NCBI GenBank assembly: GCA_963663545.1
Contig: OY760505.1
Coordinates: forward strand, 960,001-1,024,000
From: Candidatus Delongbacteria bacterium
GTDB lineage: Bacteria > CAIWAD01
Direction of reading: 5' to 3'
DNA length: 64,000 nt
The translations under genes and the position numbers were made by a program. Shown piece by piece: positions 25,371 through 36,816 of this stretch (its first letter is position 1; every line of letters starts with the position of its first letter). The notes below the pieces were generated by a model. That model was not told the DNA's origin, made no database searches, and worked only from the letters and a program-made list of their open reading frames with translations.

Positions 25371-26330
25371 CTACAGAAACTCGATGCGGGATTTCAGGCC
25401 GTCCATGGGCAGCCCGAGGGAAGCACGGATAGCCACCACGGCCACTTCCACTTGTTCAGTGAACGGTTCCCGCGTGGTGAGGCGCTGCAGCCAAAGTCCG
25501 GGCGCGATTAGTGTGCGCACAATGGCGCCTGAACGCAGACGATTGGAGAGCTGCAGCATTTCGAAGGCGAAGCCCGCCACCAAGGGGACAACGGGCAAAT
25601 GCACTAACAAGCGGTGCAAGACCGAGTGAAACTCACCGAAGCGGGCCACCCAGGCAGTATCGAAGAGGGCGTAGACCAGCACGGTGGAAAGCGCCACCAG
25701 AAGCAGGAAGCTGGTTCCGCAGCGGGGATGGAAGCGGGAATGGGTTTCCGCCACCGGTACTTCCACCGCTTGCTCTTCTTCCCAACTGTAAATGGCTTTA
25801 TGCTCCGCGCCGTGATACTGAAAGAGGCGTTCCACATCTCCCCAAATGCCGATGGCGCGCAAATAGCCAAGCAGTAGGCAGACGCGTATCACGCCCACCA
25901 CCAGGTGAAACACGAGTTGGTTAGCACCAAAGCCCGCCAAGCTGGTGAGCAGATAGGGCAGATACATAAAGAGCCCAAGTGCGAAAAACAGCCCGATGAG
26001 CACTGTTAGGAGCGAGAACAGAGTGCGGTGCAGAGCAGAGGGCGAGTTCTGCTCTTCGCACTGTTGCGTCACTTCGGCGGACCAGTTCAACGTGGAAGTG
26101 CCAATAACCAGCGACTCGATGAGAGAAACGGCGCCTCGCAAAATGGGCAACCCCAGAATGCGAAAGCGCCGTGTCAGTGACACATAGTCTTTGCAGCGGA
26201 CCACAATGTGGTCGGGAGCGACGCGTACGGCTGTAGCTACACGTCCGGGGGCGCGCATCATCACACCTTCGATGACCGCCTGGCCTCCGATGGCGCTCGG
26301 GCAGGATTCCCGCTCCTTGGGTGCAGCCAC
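25371..26330 (-). CDS. DUF1385 (YqhQ-like) membrane protein
   Basis: IGGQAVIEGVMMR, FQYHGAEHK, HPRCGTSF, LQRLTTREP; GTG start at 26330 inferred. Confidence 0.9.
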   Translation of the reverse strand: MAAPKERESCPSAIGGQAVIEGVMMRAPGRVATAVRVAPDHIVVRCKDYVSLTRRFRILGLPILRGAVSLIESLVIGTSTLNWSAEVTQQCEEQNSPSALHRTLFSLLTVLIGLFFALGLFMYLPYLLTSLAGFGANQLVFHLVVGVIRVCLLLGYLRAIGIWGDVERLFQYHGAEHKAIYSWEEEQAVEVPVAETHSRFHPRCGTSFLLLVALSTVLVYALFDTAWVARFGEFHSVLHRLLVHLPVVPLVAGFAFEMLQLSNRLRSGAIVRTLIAPGLWLQRLTTREPFTEQVEVAVVAIRASLGLPMDGLKSRIEFL

Positions 26331-26353
26331 TAAGCCCTTCCCGCCGCTAAGGC

Positions 26354-26569
26354 TTACTTGCTCTCGGACTGCGTCGCGTACTTCTTGTAGAAGCGATCCA
26401 CACGACCAGTGGTGAACACCTGCTTCTGCTTGCCCGTAAAGAAGGGATGGCACTTGTCGCAGAGTTCGATCTTCATGTCGCCCTGGGTGGTGCGGGTTTC
26501 GAAGCTGTTACCACAAGCGCAGCTCACAGTAGCTGTCTCGTACTTGGGGTGGATATCTTTCTTCGGCAT
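26354..26569 (-). CDS. rpmE: 50S ribosomal protein L31 (zinc-binding type)
   Basis: [40 protein letters not shown]. Confidence 0.96.
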   Translation of the reverse strand: MPKKDIHPKYETATVSCACGNSFETRTTQGDMKIELCDKCHPFFTGKQKQVFTTGRVDRFYKKYATQSESK

Positions 26570-26645
26570 GATTTCTCCTTGGGTCATATTCGAACCGCGA
26601 ATAATAAGCAAAGCATCACGAATCCGCAAGCGGCAGATGGGGCAT

Positions 26646-26678
26646 AAAAAACCCGCCACATAAGGATCGGGCGGGTTT
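26646..26678 (-). terminator. Putative intrinsic terminator after rho
   Basis: AAACCCGCC...GGCGGGTTT inverted repeat with a T run on the minus strand. Confidence 0.6.
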
Positions 26679-26697
26679 GTATGCTGTACATCCGCGA

Positions 26698-28185
26698 TCA
26701 CTTCATCATGATCTCAAAGAATTCCATGTTGTTACGAGTCAGACGCATCTTCTCAAGCATGAACTTCATGACCTCAACAGGATGCTTCTCGCTCTGCAGA
26801 TTTCGCAGAATCCAGATCTTGTTCAGCGTCTTGTCATCCAGCAGCAGCTCTTCCTTGCGCGTACCCGACTTGTTGATGTCGATGGCCGGGTAGATGCGGC
26901 TGTTGGCCAAGTTGCGATCCAGCACCAATTCCATGTTGCCGGTGCCCTTGAACTCCTCGAAAATCACCTCGTCCATGCGGCTGCCGGTTTCGATCAGCGC
27001 CGTCGCGATGATGGTCAGGCTGCCACCGCCTTCGATGTTACGGGCGGCACCGAAGAACTTCTTCGGCTCGTAAAGGGCAACAGCATCCACACCACCAGAC
27101 AGAATGCGGCCGCTGTGGGGCACCACCGCGTTGTAAGCACGCGCCAGACGGGTGATGGAATCCAGCAGAATGACGACGTCGTGACCGAACTCCACCAGAC
27201 GCTTGGCCTTCTCGATGACCATGTTGGCCACCTGAATGTGACGATCGGGCTTCTCATCAAAGGTGGAAGCGATCACTTCCGCATCGATGTTGCGCTCCAT
27301 GTCCGTCACTTCTTCGGGGCGCTCGTCGATGAGCAGCACGATGAGCTGAATCTCGGGGTGATTGGTGGTGATGGAGTTGGCGATCTTCTGCAGCAGAATG
27401 GTCTTACCGGTGCGCGGCGGGGCGACGATCAGACCGCGCTGTCCCATGCCGATGGGCGTGAAGAGATCCATCACGCGCATGGAGTATTCCTTGGCCTCGC
27501 GCTCCAGATTAATCTTGCGATCCGGATGCAGCGGCGTCAGGTTGTCGAAGAGCATCTTGTCGCGGCACTCATCGGGATCGCGATAGTTGATGGCCTCCAC
27601 CTTGAGCAAGGCAAAGAAGCGCTCGTTGTCCTTGGGAGGACGAATCTGGCCGCTGACCACATGGCCCTTGCGCAAGCCAAAGCGCTTGATCTGGCTGGGC
27701 GAGACGTAAATGTCTTCCTGGCCGGGAAGATAATTGCTGGCGTCGCTGCGCAAGAAGCCGTAGCCGTCCGGCAGAATTTCCAACACACCCTGAGCGAAAA
27801 TACTGCCGTCGCGCGCAGCCTGCGCCTCAAGGATTTTGTAGATCAGGTCGGATTTCGAGAGCCCGCTGGGGTTCTCGACGTTCAGACCCTTGGCCAGCTC
27901 AAAGAGCTCGCGAATGGGGCGCTTCTCCAGATCGGCAATGTTGAGCTTGCCCGATTCATGGTGCGCGTCCTGCGGTTCAGGGGCAGTCACTACGGCGCTT
28001 TGGACTTCGGCATCCGCTTCTTCCCCGGCGACAGAGGCACTTGCCTCTACCTCCTCCTGCGGGACAGACTGATCCTTGGCAGCACTTGCGACCGCTCGCG
28101 AAGAATGGGACGCAGTGCTCCTAGTGGGACCAGATTTGCGTACCCGCGACGGGGTTTTTTCGTTACCGTTGTTGACCGGTGTCAT
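26698..28185 (-). CDS. rho: Transcription termination factor Rho with a low-complexity N-terminal extension of about 80 aa
   Basis: [52 protein letters not shown]. Confidence 0.97.
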   Translation of the reverse strand: MTPVNNGNEKTPSRVRKSGPTRSTASHSSRAVASAAKDQSVPQEEVEASASVAGEEADAEVQSAVVTAPEPQDAHHESGKLNIADLEKRPIRELFELAKGLNVENPSGLSKSDLIYKILEAQAARDGSIFAQGVLEILPDGYGFLRSDASNYLPGQEDIYVSPSQIKRFGLRKGHVVSGQIRPPKDNERFFALLKVEAINYRDPDECRDKMLFDNLTPLHPDRKINLEREAKEYSMRVMDLFTPIGMGQRGLIVAPPRTGKTILLQKIANSITTNHPEIQLIVLLIDERPEEVTDMERNIDAEVIASTFDEKPDRHIQVANMVIEKAKRLVEFGHDVVILLDSITRLARAYNAVVPHSGRILSGGVDAVALYEPKKFFGAARNIEGGGSLTIIATALIETGSRMDEVIFEEFKGTGNMELVLDRNLANSRIYPAIDINKSGTRKEELLLDDKTLNKIWILRNLQSEKHPVEVMKFMLEKMRLTRNNMEFFEIMMK

Positions 28186-28229
28186 CGGTCTTTCTCCTTG
28201 CTTGCGCCGGTAGTCCCAGACTGCGGTGG

Positions 28230-28673
28230 CTACCAGACTTGGGTCAATTGGATCGGATTTCCATCAGGGTCGTGAAAGGTGGTATGACGACGAACGCCCT
28301 CTTCGCCTACAATGTCGCCGTCAAAGGCTACGCCGCGCGCTTCCAGTTTGGCACGGGTACCCGCCAGGTCAACGACTTCAAACACCGGGCAACCGCCGCC
28401 GCCGCGGGGCACATCCCCTCCCAGATTCCACTCGGTCAGCCCCAGGTCCACACCTTCAGCACCTGTGGCAAAAGTCGCCCAACCAGAGTCCTCGTCCAGG
28501 AAGAGCATGCGAAAGCCCACCTGATCGCGATAAAAGCGCACCGCCTGTCGCAGATCCTTGACGTAGAACCACAGCATACTTAGCTGCTTCAGGCCTTCCA
28601 TGTCCGTTTCACGTCGCGAACGCCGGCCACGGGGGCGCCCAGTAGTGCCAGAACCATTGGTTTCGGTCGTCAT
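28230..28673 (-). CDS. VOC/glyoxalase family protein
   Basis: [16 protein letters not shown] and [11 protein letters not shown]; alternative start at 28601. Confidence 0.88.
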   Translation of the reverse strand: MTTETNGSGTTGRPRGRRSRRETDMEGLKQLSMLWFYVKDLRQAVRFYRDQVGFRMLFLDEDSGWATFATGAEGVDLGLTEWNLGGDVPRGGGGCPVFEVVDLAGTRAKLEARGVAFDGDIVGEEGVRRHTTFHDPDGNPIQLTQVW

Positions 28674-28700
28674 GTTATTCCTGTCCTATCCACCTTCACA

Positions 28701-29489
28701 TCAGTGCAAATCCAGCCAGGCGCGAACAGGATTATCCTTTCGCTCCGCAGCCAGAGTAGTCGTTTCATTGTGACCGGGTAGGACCAGCGCATCTCCCGGC
28801 AATTTAAAAAGCCGCTCCAGAATGCTGTGTCCAAGCGCCTTCGCGTCACCACCTGGCAAATCGGTACGGCCAATGCTTCCCGCAAAGAGTGTATCACCGG
28901 AAAAGAGCAGGACATCATCAGGTGCGGCCTGAAAGCGCAAACTGATGCTGCCAGGAGAATGCCCTGGTGTGCTAATGACTTCCAGCTCGCGTCCGCCGAA
29001 AGGCAGCCGTTGGCCATCGGTCAAATCCACAGTTCGTTCCGGCGGATTTTCCACGTTCAAATTCCAGATGCGCGCCATTTCTGCTGCGCCGTGATACAAG
29101 AAAGCATCAGCAGGATGCAGGAAGATCGGCATGCCATAGCGACGATCCAGCTCGCGGCAACCCGCCACGTGGTCCAAGTGCCCGTGGGTCAGGAGGACTC
29201 GAGTCGGTCGCAGGGCGCGCTCTTCCAGTAAGCCCAGCAGCTCATCGGGCTCCAGGCCGGGATCGATCACAATACAGTTCGTATCACAACAAAGAATCCA
29301 GCAATTCGTGTAGAAGGCACCAAGGGTAACTCCAAACAGCTCCACCTGGTGTAGACCGGCGGCCTGATTCTCAGTGGATACAGCGGATCGCCATATGGGT
29401 GTCCGGGAATGCGACAAAGAGGATCTCCGTTTCGGAGCCAGCACCAAGGTGAGCCTGTCGGCGCCCTGCCAACGCCCAAATATAGGCAC
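28701..29489 (-). CDS. MBL-fold metallo-hydrolase (YcbL/GloC-like); true start probably further downstream
   Basis: THGHLDH, TPGHSPG, SGDTLF, GRTDL, PGH. Confidence 0.9.
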   Translation of the reverse strand: MPIFGRWQGADRLTLVLAPKRRSSLSHSRTPIWRSAVSTENQAAGLHQVELFGVTLGAFYTNCWILCCDTNCIVIDPGLEPDELLGLLEERALRPTRVLLTHGHLDHVAGCRELDRRYGMPIFLHPADAFLYHGAAEMARIWNLNVENPPERTVDLTDGQRLPFGGRELEVISTPGHSPGSISLRFQAAPDDVLLFSGDTLFAGSIGRTDLPGGDAKALGHSILERLFKLPGDALVLPGHNETTTLAAERKDNPVRAWLDLH

Positions 29490-29528
29490 CTTATCAGCTT
29501 AGGGCAAGAGGCTCAAGTACCGGCATGA

Positions 29529-31619
29529 TTACTCGTTTTGTAGGGCCATCATCGCGCTCAGCTTCGCCTGACGCACAAGATCGTCAGCGCACGCGCCTCC
29601 GGGCAACAGATTGACCACCAAAGAGGAGCCCAAGAGCAGCGGTCCCGCCAACTCGGCCTCCATCATGCGTCCCAGCAGACCTACTGCCAATCCGGCGCTG
29701 GCCGGTCCGGCAAAGGCCAGAATCTCCACGTCATCACAGCCTGGCTCTTCGCGCCGAGCATCCAGGACTTCATCCAGTCCGAGAGCCATGCGCGCGTCCA
29801 GATCCGGGAAACGCTCCCGCAGATGCTGCAGCGCCGGCGATGCAAGGCACTCGCTGTCGGCTTGCTCTCGTGGACAAAAAACACTCAGGCGCGGTCGATA
29901 GCCCAACTCCAGTGCAAAGTCTACGACCTGTGCGGCGGCCTCCCCCAGCTGCTCTCCCCAGGCAAGCGCACTTTCACAACGAGGTGCCGTAGGTGCGCAA
30001 ACCAGCAGAGTTCGCGATGGCGCACAAACCAGAGTTAGTTGTGCCATAAAAGGTCGTCCCTGCTCTTCGGCATGCCTCAGCAAGCCGCGCAAACGGGCTG
30101 CGTAATCGCCGCCGCAAAGGACAGCGGCCGCGGCAAGGCCGTCGGTCAGCACATCCAGCTCCTGCAAGGCGGGATCATCCAGCACGGGAAGAAGCGGCTG
30201 TACAAGCCCTTCTTCCTGTAACTGACGAGCAGCAGCCTTGACACGAGAAGGCTGATCGTCCACCAGAAGGACAGACACAGGTGTTTCACCGAGCCTGCGT
30301 GTGACACGCATCATCAGCTCGTGACGCGGTCCAAGACGGCGGATCAAGCCCGATCGGTACTCCGCCAGCCAGGCTTCCAGATCTTTCGGCTGAACTTGTG
30401 ACACACCGGATTCAATAGCCGCACGCGCTACAGCCGGTGCCACGTGATACAGGACACGATCGTCGAAGGGCTTGGGGATGATGTACTCGGGGCCGAAGTG
30501 CAGGTCTTCCATGCCATAGGCTTGTCTCACACTGGCAGGAACCTCGCTCCTGGCCAGACGCGCCAGCGCTCGGGCCGCCGCCAGTTTCATCGGCAGGTTG
30601 ATTTCCCGCGCACGGACATCCAAAGCGCCGCGGAAAAGGAAGGGGAAACCCAGCACGTTATTGACCTGGTTCGGATAGTCGCTGCGCCCCGTTGCCACAA
30701 TCACATCATCGCGCGCTGCACGGGCTTCCTCGTAGCCGATCTCCGGATCGGGGTTGGCCATGGCGAAGACAATGGGCCTGGGTGCCATGCTCTGCAGCAT
30801 TTCTGCGCTGACTACGCCACCAACGGAAAGACCGCAGAAGACGTCGGCCCCAGAGATTGCTTCCTCAAGCGTGCGCATGGATGTATCACGGGCAAAGACT
30901 TCCAGCCAGGGATTCATGCCCGCGCTGCGCCCCTTGAATACCACACCATGAATGTCACACATGGTGATGTGATCGGCGGGAACTCCCAATTCGCGCCAGA
31001 AGCGGGCGCAAGCCAGACCTGCAGCTCCCGCGCCGTTAAACACCACACGAACCTGATCGATGGCCTTGCCTGCCACCTCAAGCGCATTAAGCAACGCGGC
31101 GCCACTGATGATGGCCGTGCCATGCTGATCATCGTGAAACACGGGGATAGGTAACAGCGCCTGCAATCGCGACTCGATCTCGAAGCACTCCGGCGCCTTG
31201 ATATCCTCAAGGTTGATGCCGCCGAAGGTGGGCGCCATCAGCCTCACCGCCTGGATGATTTCCTCGGGATCCTCGCTGTCAAGATTGATATCGTAGACGT
31301 CGATGTCTGCAAAGCGCTTGAACAGCACGCCCTTGCCTTCCATCACCGGCTTGCCTGCCGCCGCTCCCAGATTGCCCAGGCCCAGCACGGCGGTTCCGTT
31401 GGAAACCACTGCCACCAGATTGCCTTTGTTGGTGAACTCGTACACGCACTCGGGATCTTTGTGAATCAGACGGCAGGGCTCCGCCACGCCCGGCGTGTAG
31501 GCTAGCGATAGGTCACGCTGTGTGCGACAGGGCTTTGTGGCACAAACAGCGATTTTCCCACGACGCTCACGCCGGTGATACTCGAGGGCTTCTTCTACTC
31601 GATCAGGGTGTTTGCTCAT
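29529..31619 (-). CDS. maeB: NADP-dependent malic enzyme with degenerate PTA-like C-terminal domain
   Basis: [46 protein letters not shown]. Confidence 0.9.
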   Translation of the reverse strand: MSKHPDRVEEALEYHRRERRGKIAVCATKPCRTQRDLSLAYTPGVAEPCRLIHKDPECVYEFTNKGNLVAVVSNGTAVLGLGNLGAAAGKPVMEGKGVLFKRFADIDVYDINLDSEDPEEIIQAVRLMAPTFGGINLEDIKAPECFEIESRLQALLPIPVFHDDQHGTAIISGAALLNALEVAGKAIDQVRVVFNGAGAAGLACARFWRELGVPADHITMCDIHGVVFKGRSAGMNPWLEVFARDTSMRTLEEAISGADVFCGLSVGGVVSAEMLQSMAPRPIVFAMANPDPEIGYEEARAARDDVIVATGRSDYPNQVNNVLGFPFLFRGALDVRAREINLPMKLAAARALARLARSEVPASVRQAYGMEDLHFGPEYIIPKPFDDRVLYHVAPAVARAAIESGVSQVQPKDLEAWLAEYRSGLIRRLGPRHELMMRVTRRLGETPVSVLLVDDQPSRVKAAARQLQEEGLVQPLLPVLDDPALQELDVLTDGLAAAAVLCGGDYAARLRGLLRHAEEQGRPFMAQLTLVCAPSRTLLVCAPTAPRCESALAWGEQLGEAAAQVVDFALELGYRPRLSVFCPREQADSECLASPALQHLRERFPDLDARMALGLDEVLDARREEPGCDDVEILAFAGPASAGLAVGLLGRMMEAELAGPLLLGSSLVVNLLPGGACADDLVRQAKLSAMMALQNE

Positions 31620-31639
31620 GAGTGGGTAGTTCGGCGGGT

Positions 31640-33646
31640 TTACTGCTTGTTGGCAGCAGGATTCTCGTCTCCAAGCACTTCGTAGACACGGCCTTCTATA
31701 AACAAACGCAGCAGCTCGGCGTCCAGCTTGCCGCGTTCCACATCACCAGAAAGAATATTCAGCGCGACCTGATGCGGCGCGGCTTTCTTGTAGGGACGAT
31801 CACTGGCCGTCAGTGCATCATAGATATCTGCAATGGCCATCATCTTTCCCGCCAGCGGGATTTCCTCTGAAGCAAGTCCGCGCGGATAGCCCGTACCGTC
31901 CAGCTTCTCGTGATGCGTGGCGGCAATTTCGGGAATGCGCTGCAGCTCTTCCGTCCAAGGGATACGGCGCAGGAACTCCCAGGAATGGGTAACGTGCGAC
32001 TGGATCTCGGCGAATTCCTCGGGCGTCAAACTACCACGAGGAATGGCCAGGATGCGCATTTCCTCGTCTTCCAACAACGCATGCTCTTCGCCGTCCTCGT
32101 CACGATAGTGTGCCGCGTGGATTTCGCGTAACACATTAGGGGCTTCTTCCGGCAGCATGGAGGGCTCATTGGCCTGCACAATCAACTGAATCCAGGCATC
32201 AAGACGCGCCTGTTCTGCAGCCAGTTTATGTTCCAGCTCCTCAACCACCTTCAATGTTGAATCACCAGATTCACGCATTGCGGCAAGCTGCCCTGTAGCA
32301 CAACGCAGTTCGGCATCGCGCTTCAACCAGCGGAAGCGCTCGCGAATACGCAGAAGCTGCTCAGCCAGTAGTTTTTTGGGTTTGACGAAAACTTCTTCGC
32401 GTACGGCCACCTTGCCAAAATCATGCAGCAGACCGGCGTAGCGGATTTCCTTGAGCTGCTCCGCACTGAAATGCTCGTCGGCGTAAGGGCCTTCTTTCGT
32501 CTCACTGACGACTTCCGCCAATCGGACCGTCAACCGTGATACACGGCTGCTATGGCCGCTGGTGGTCGGATCGCGGGATTCAATGGCGGTCACACTCGCT
32601 TCTACGAAGCCTTCAAAGAGCGTCTCGATGCTCTCGTAGAGCCTGCTGTTCTCGATGGAAACCGCTGCCTGACCCGCTATTGAAGAGATGAAGTCGGCGT
32701 GACTTTGTGTAAAAGGAACGACCTCGCGCACAAAGTCCATAGGCTGCTTCAACACAGCAGAAGCGTCGCGCTTGGCGTTGATCAGTTGTATCACGCCGAT
32801 GATCTTCTGCTGATGATCCACCATGGGCACCACCAGCATGCTGCGACTGCGGTATCCGTGTTCCCGATCGAAGCTGGGATTGAAGCTGTATTCCAGGCTC
32901 TTGGACAATTCATACACATCGTCGATCAGCAGCAAATTACCCGTAAGCGCCACATAGCCCGCCATGCTGTGCTTGGAGAGTTCTAAGGTGAACTCTTCGT
33001 AACTGATGTCGATGCTCACGTTCTGGCTAATCTTGAAGCGCAACTGCTGCCTACCGTCTGCGGCTTCTTCGACGAGGAAAATGGTGGCGGCGTCGGCGCC
33101 CGTGATACTGCGGCTCTTGTCCAGCATCAAGCGCAGAAGCTCGTCCAGATTGCGCTCGGCGGTCAGTCGCTTGCCAATACTGAGGATCTCGTCAAGCTCC
33201 AGGCAGAACTGGTCCAGTCGCTCCTCGAGCAGACGTACGGTATTGCTGGTGATGAAGTATTCGTAAGCGCTGCGCAGAGTCAGTTCCAACACATCGTCCT
33301 TTGTATCACGCGGAAGGATCGCGTGCAAAGGCTTTATCGGCAACCCTGCAGCCGTCCACTCCGCGAAATCGCCCAGGTAGATCACCCGGAAGCGGAGCTG
33401 GTCCAAATTCTGCAGTTCTGTCAGTACCGTTTGCGGATCACGAAGGAACTCGCTGCAAACCACCAGGATCTCGCACGCATCCGCATCCATGGCGATACCG
33501 GCCGGAGAATTGATGCGGCTGACGCTGCAGTTCAGGGAACGCAGTAGTCCGTTACCCACGACAAGCAGGGGCTCGTAGACCTTCAGCATTACCGGTTTGG
33601 TAGTGATGACGGCCGCAGTCGGAGTGATATCAGCAAAGGTGGTCAT
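31640..33646 (-). CDS. GAF + HD-GYP cyclic dinucleotide phosphodiesterase
   Basis: GAF (FNPSFDREHGYRSRSML), TSGHSSRV, LLHDFGK, HHEKLDGTGYP, ADIYDALT..RPYK. Confidence 0.92.
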   Translation of the reverse strand: MTTFADITPTAAVITTKPVMLKVYEPLLVVGNGLLRSLNCSVSRINSPAGIAMDADACEILVVCSEFLRDPQTVLTELQNLDQLRFRVIYLGDFAEWTAAGLPIKPLHAILPRDTKDDVLELTLRSAYEYFITSNTVRLLEERLDQFCLELDEILSIGKRLTAERNLDELLRLMLDKSRSITGADAATIFLVEEAADGRQQLRFKISQNVSIDISYEEFTLELSKHSMAGYVALTGNLLLIDDVYELSKSLEYSFNPSFDREHGYRSRSMLVVPMVDHQQKIIGVIQLINAKRDASAVLKQPMDFVREVVPFTQSHADFISSIAGQAAVSIENSRLYESIETLFEGFVEASVTAIESRDPTTSGHSSRVSRLTVRLAEVVSETKEGPYADEHFSAEQLKEIRYAGLLHDFGKVAVREEVFVKPKKLLAEQLLRIRERFRWLKRDAELRCATGQLAAMRESGDSTLKVVEELEHKLAAEQARLDAWIQLIVQANEPSMLPEEAPNVLREIHAAHYRDEDGEEHALLEDEEMRILAIPRGSLTPEEFAEIQSHVTHSWEFLRRIPWTEELQRIPEIAATHHEKLDGTGYPRGLASEEIPLAGKMMAIADIYDALTASDRPYKKAAPHQVALNILSGDVERGKLDAELLRLFIEGRVYEVLGDENPAANKQ

Positions 33647-33726
33647 TCTCGTTTCGCTTCGTCTGGTGCGTTACACGTCCGCTCAAAGTAATTGCTTTGC
33701 ACCGCCCTTGCCAATGGAAAAACAAA

Positions 33727-36570
33727 TCAGTTACGATCGAAGATTTCCTGCAGAAAACGGCCCGTATGGCTGCCCTTCACTTTGGCAACGTCTTCGGGAG
33801 TGCCCTGCGCCACGATGCGGCCTCCGCGCGCACCGCCCTCGGGTCCAAGGTCGAGCAGATGATCGGCGGTCTTGATGACATCCAGATTATGCTCGATGAC
33901 AACAACGGTATTTCCCTTGTCGACCAAACGATTCAACACTTTGAGCAGCATTTCGATATCGGCGAAATGCAGACCCGTTGTGGGTTCGTCCAGAATGTAG
34001 ATCGTACGACCCGTCGCCCGTCGCGAAAGCTCGGTCGCCAACTTCACGCGCTGCGCTTCTCCACCCGAAAGCGTGGTCGCCTGCTGTCCCAGATGAATGT
34101 ACCCCAGGCCCACATCGACCAGCGTCTTCAGCTTGCGCGCAATGCGCGGAATGGGATCAAAGAACTCCAGCGCCTCGGCCACCGGCATTTCCAGCACATC
34201 GGCGATGCTCTTGCCCTTGTACTTCACTTCCAGTGTTTCACTGTTGTAGCGGCGCCCCTTGCAGACTTCGCAGGGCACGTAGATGTCGGGCAGAAAGTGC
34301 ATTTCAATACGAATGATGCCGTCGCCCTGACAGGCTTCGCAACGTCCGCCTTTGACGTTGAAGCTGAAGCGGCCCGGCGCATAAGCACGCATGCGCGATT
34401 CGGGAAGCTGGGCGAAGAGGTCGCGAATCAGCGTGAACACGCCGGTGTACGTAGCCGGGTTGGAGCGCGGGGTCCGACCGATCGGGCTCTGGTCGATGTT
34501 GATCACCTTGTCCAGGTGCTCCAGCCCCTCCAGGCTGCCGTAGGGCATGGGCAACTCGCGTGCGCCGTTCAACTCGCGAGCCAGCGCCTTGTTGAGCGTC
34601 TCGTTGATGGCCGTTGATTTTCCCGAGCCCGAAACGCCCGTGATACAAACCAGCTTGCCCAGCGGAATCTCTACATCAATCTTCTGCAGGTTATTGCCGC
34701 GCAGGCCCTTCATTAGCAGCCGTTCGCCGTTTCCCGCGCGACGCTTGGTGGGCAGCGGAATCAGGTTTTCATCTTTCAGGTAGCGCCCGGTAACGCTCTT
34801 CTTTGAATCGGCAATTTCCTGTGGTGTGCCCTGTGCCACAAGTTTTCCGCCGTGAATGCCAGCGCCCGGTCCCAGGTCCAGCACTTCGTCGGCAGCCAGA
34901 ATTGTATCACGGTCGTGCTCGACGACAATGACCGTGTTACCCAAATCGCGCAGGCGCGTCAGCGTGGCGATGAGCCGTTCATTGTCGCGCTGGTGCAGGC
35001 CAATGCTGGGTTCGTCGAGGATGTACATGACGCCCATCAGCTGACTACCGATCTGCGTCGCCAGCCGGATTCGCTGGCTCTCGCCTCCCGAAAGCGTACC
35101 GGCGGCGCGATCGAGACTGAGATAATCCAAGCCAACGTTGACCAGAAAACCCAGCCGTTCGCGCACTTCCTTCAGAATGGGAGCCGCAATGGTGGCCGCA
35201 TTGCCCTTGAGCTTCATCTTGCGAAAGAGCTCTTCTGCTTCGCGAATGGAAAGAGCGCACAGCTCCATGATATTCCGGCCTTCCACCGTGACCGCCAGCG
35301 ATTCGGGTTTTAATCGGCGTCCTTCGCAACTCGGGCAGGCGCGGCTGCTCATGAAGCGCTCGATCCACTCACGCACGCCGGCACTCTGGGTCTGACGAAA
35401 ACGTCGCTCCAGATTGGGAATGATGCCTTCCCATTTGCCAGTGTATTCCCAGCTGCCCTTTCCGTTGCGGAACTCACTGATGAAGCGCATGGCCCCCGTG
35501 CTGCCGTAGAGCACGACCTGCTGGTGTTTCTTGCTAAGCTTCCTCCAGGGTGTCTTCAGATCAAAGCCCTCGTGTGCACCCACCTGTTTCAGCGCGCGCA
35601 GGGTCCACACTTCGCTGTGGCCGTTGCTTTCCATCGTACCCAGCGCTCCGTCTCGCAGGCTGAGATTCTCGTCCACCACCACCAGCTCGGGATCAATAAC
35701 CATTTGATGCCCGAGGCCATCGCAGTCGGGGCAGGCGCCGAATGGCGTGTTGAAGGAAAAGATACGTGGTGCGAGTTCGGGAATACTGATGCCATGCTCG
35801 GGACAGGCGAAATGCTGACTGTAGAGCTGCTCGCTCCACTCAGCACCTTCTTCCACTAGAATGCGAACAAGGCCGGAACCCAGTCCCAGAGCGGTTTCGA
35901 CGGATTCGAACAGCCGCGCGCGAATGCCCTCCTTCAGCACCAGACGATCCACCACCGCATCGATATCGTGCTTGTGGGTTTTAGCCAGCCCTTGCTCCAC
36001 TTCTTCTATGGGCAACACCTGTCCATCCACCCGCACGCGCACGTAGCCGTTGCGCTTGACCTGCGAAAAGAGCTCGCGAAACTCGCCCTTGCGTCCACGT
36101 ACAAGTGGCGCCAGCACCTGCACCTTGCGTCCGGTATCGAGACCCAGAATCTGCTCGACGATCTCCTCCGGGCTCTGCCGGTGAATCTCGCGGTCACAGA
36201 CAGTGCAATGCGGAATGCCGACGTTGCCATAGAGCAGGCGCAGATAATCGTAAATCTCGGTCACGGTGCCCACGGTGGAGCGCGGGTTCTTGTGCCGCGT
36301 TTTCTGCTCGATGCTGATGGCTGGCGACAGGCCCTCGATGGAATCCACGTCCGGCTTCTCCATCAGGCCCAGAAACTGGCGTGCATAAGCAGAAAGGCTT
36401 TCGACATAGCGGCGCTGTCCTTCGGCATAAAGCGTATCAAAGGCCAGGCTGGATTTGCCCGAGCCCGAGAGTCCGGTTACGACGACCAGCTTGTTGCGCG
36501 GAATGCGAAGATCCAGATTCTGCAGGTTGTGCTCTCTGGCTCCGCGAATATGAATGTGAGTGGGTTCCAT
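33727..36570 (-). CDS. uvrA: Excinuclease ABC subunit A
   Basis: Two GxSGSGKS P-loops, two LSGGE signatures, zinc fingers. Confidence 0.98.
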   Translation of the reverse strand: MEPTHIHIRGAREHNLQNLDLRIPRNKLVVVTGLSGSGKSSLAFDTLYAEGQRRYVESLSAYARQFLGLMEKPDVDSIEGLSPAISIEQKTRHKNPRSTVGTVTEIYDYLRLLYGNVGIPHCTVCDREIHRQSPEEIVEQILGLDTGRKVQVLAPLVRGRKGEFRELFSQVKRNGYVRVRVDGQVLPIEEVEQGLAKTHKHDIDAVVDRLVLKEGIRARLFESVETALGLGSGLVRILVEEGAEWSEQLYSQHFACPEHGISIPELAPRIFSFNTPFGACPDCDGLGHQMVIDPELVVVDENLSLRDGALGTMESNGHSEVWTLRALKQVGAHEGFDLKTPWRKLSKKHQQVVLYGSTGAMRFISEFRNGKGSWEYTGKWEGIIPNLERRFRQTQSAGVREWIERFMSSRACPSCEGRRLKPESLAVTVEGRNIMELCALSIREAEELFRKMKLKGNAATIAAPILKEVRERLGFLVNVGLDYLSLDRAAGTLSGGESQRIRLATQIGSQLMGVMYILDEPSIGLHQRDNERLIATLTRLRDLGNTVIVVEHDRDTILAADEVLDLGPGAGIHGGKLVAQGTPQEIADSKKSVTGRYLKDENLIPLPTKRRAGNGERLLMKGLRGNNLQKIDVEIPLGKLVCITGVSGSGKSTAINETLNKALARELNGARELPMPYGSLEGLEHLDKVINIDQSPIGRTPRSNPATYTGVFTLIRDLFAQLPESRMRAYAPGRFSFNVKGGRCEACQGDGIIRIEMHFLPDIYVPCEVCKGRRYNSETLEVKYKGKSIADVLEMPVAEALEFFDPIPRIARKLKTLVDVGLGYIHLGQQATTLSGGEAQRVKLATELSRRATGRTIYILDEPTTGLHFADIEMLLKVLNRLVDKGNTVVVIEHNLDVIKTADHLLDLGPEGGARGGRIVAQGTPEDVAKVKGSHTGRFLQEIFDRN

Positions 36571-36757
36571 GCCTGTCCCGGCTGATTAGGTTGAAGCGCT
36601 TCGGCGGACCAATGTGGCATTGTCTGCGGCCAGTTCTGATGGGGCAGGATGCCGTGTACAAAGTAGTTCAGCAATTGTGAACATAAAAGCAAGGATCAAT
36701 CAATAAGCGCTCGCCAACGCTGGCTAGGCGTGCAGGTTCCGCAGACCGGGCTGGAAC

Positions 36758-36787
36758 AAAAAGCCGGGTCCCGCAGGAGACCCGGCC
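36758..36787 (-). terminator. Intrinsic terminator at the end of the six-gene array
   Basis: Minus strand GCCGGGTC-TCCTGCGG-GACCCGGC-TTTTT. Confidence 0.75.
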
Positions 36788-36816
36788 GACAGGAGGTAGG
36801 TATCAGGTATATGGGA

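Noticed and set aside
27950..28185. Rho N-terminal extension as a novelty
   Set aside because: Low-complexity N-terminal extensions of Rho are common in many phyla
26677..28275. Long + strand ORFs antisense to rho, glnS, the aminotransferase, uvrA, glyA, array copy 6 and the 61237-62553 gene (up to 532 aa)
   Set aside because: They mirror the codon frame of well-supported minus-strand genes and have no recognisable motifs; typical antisense shadows of biased codon usage
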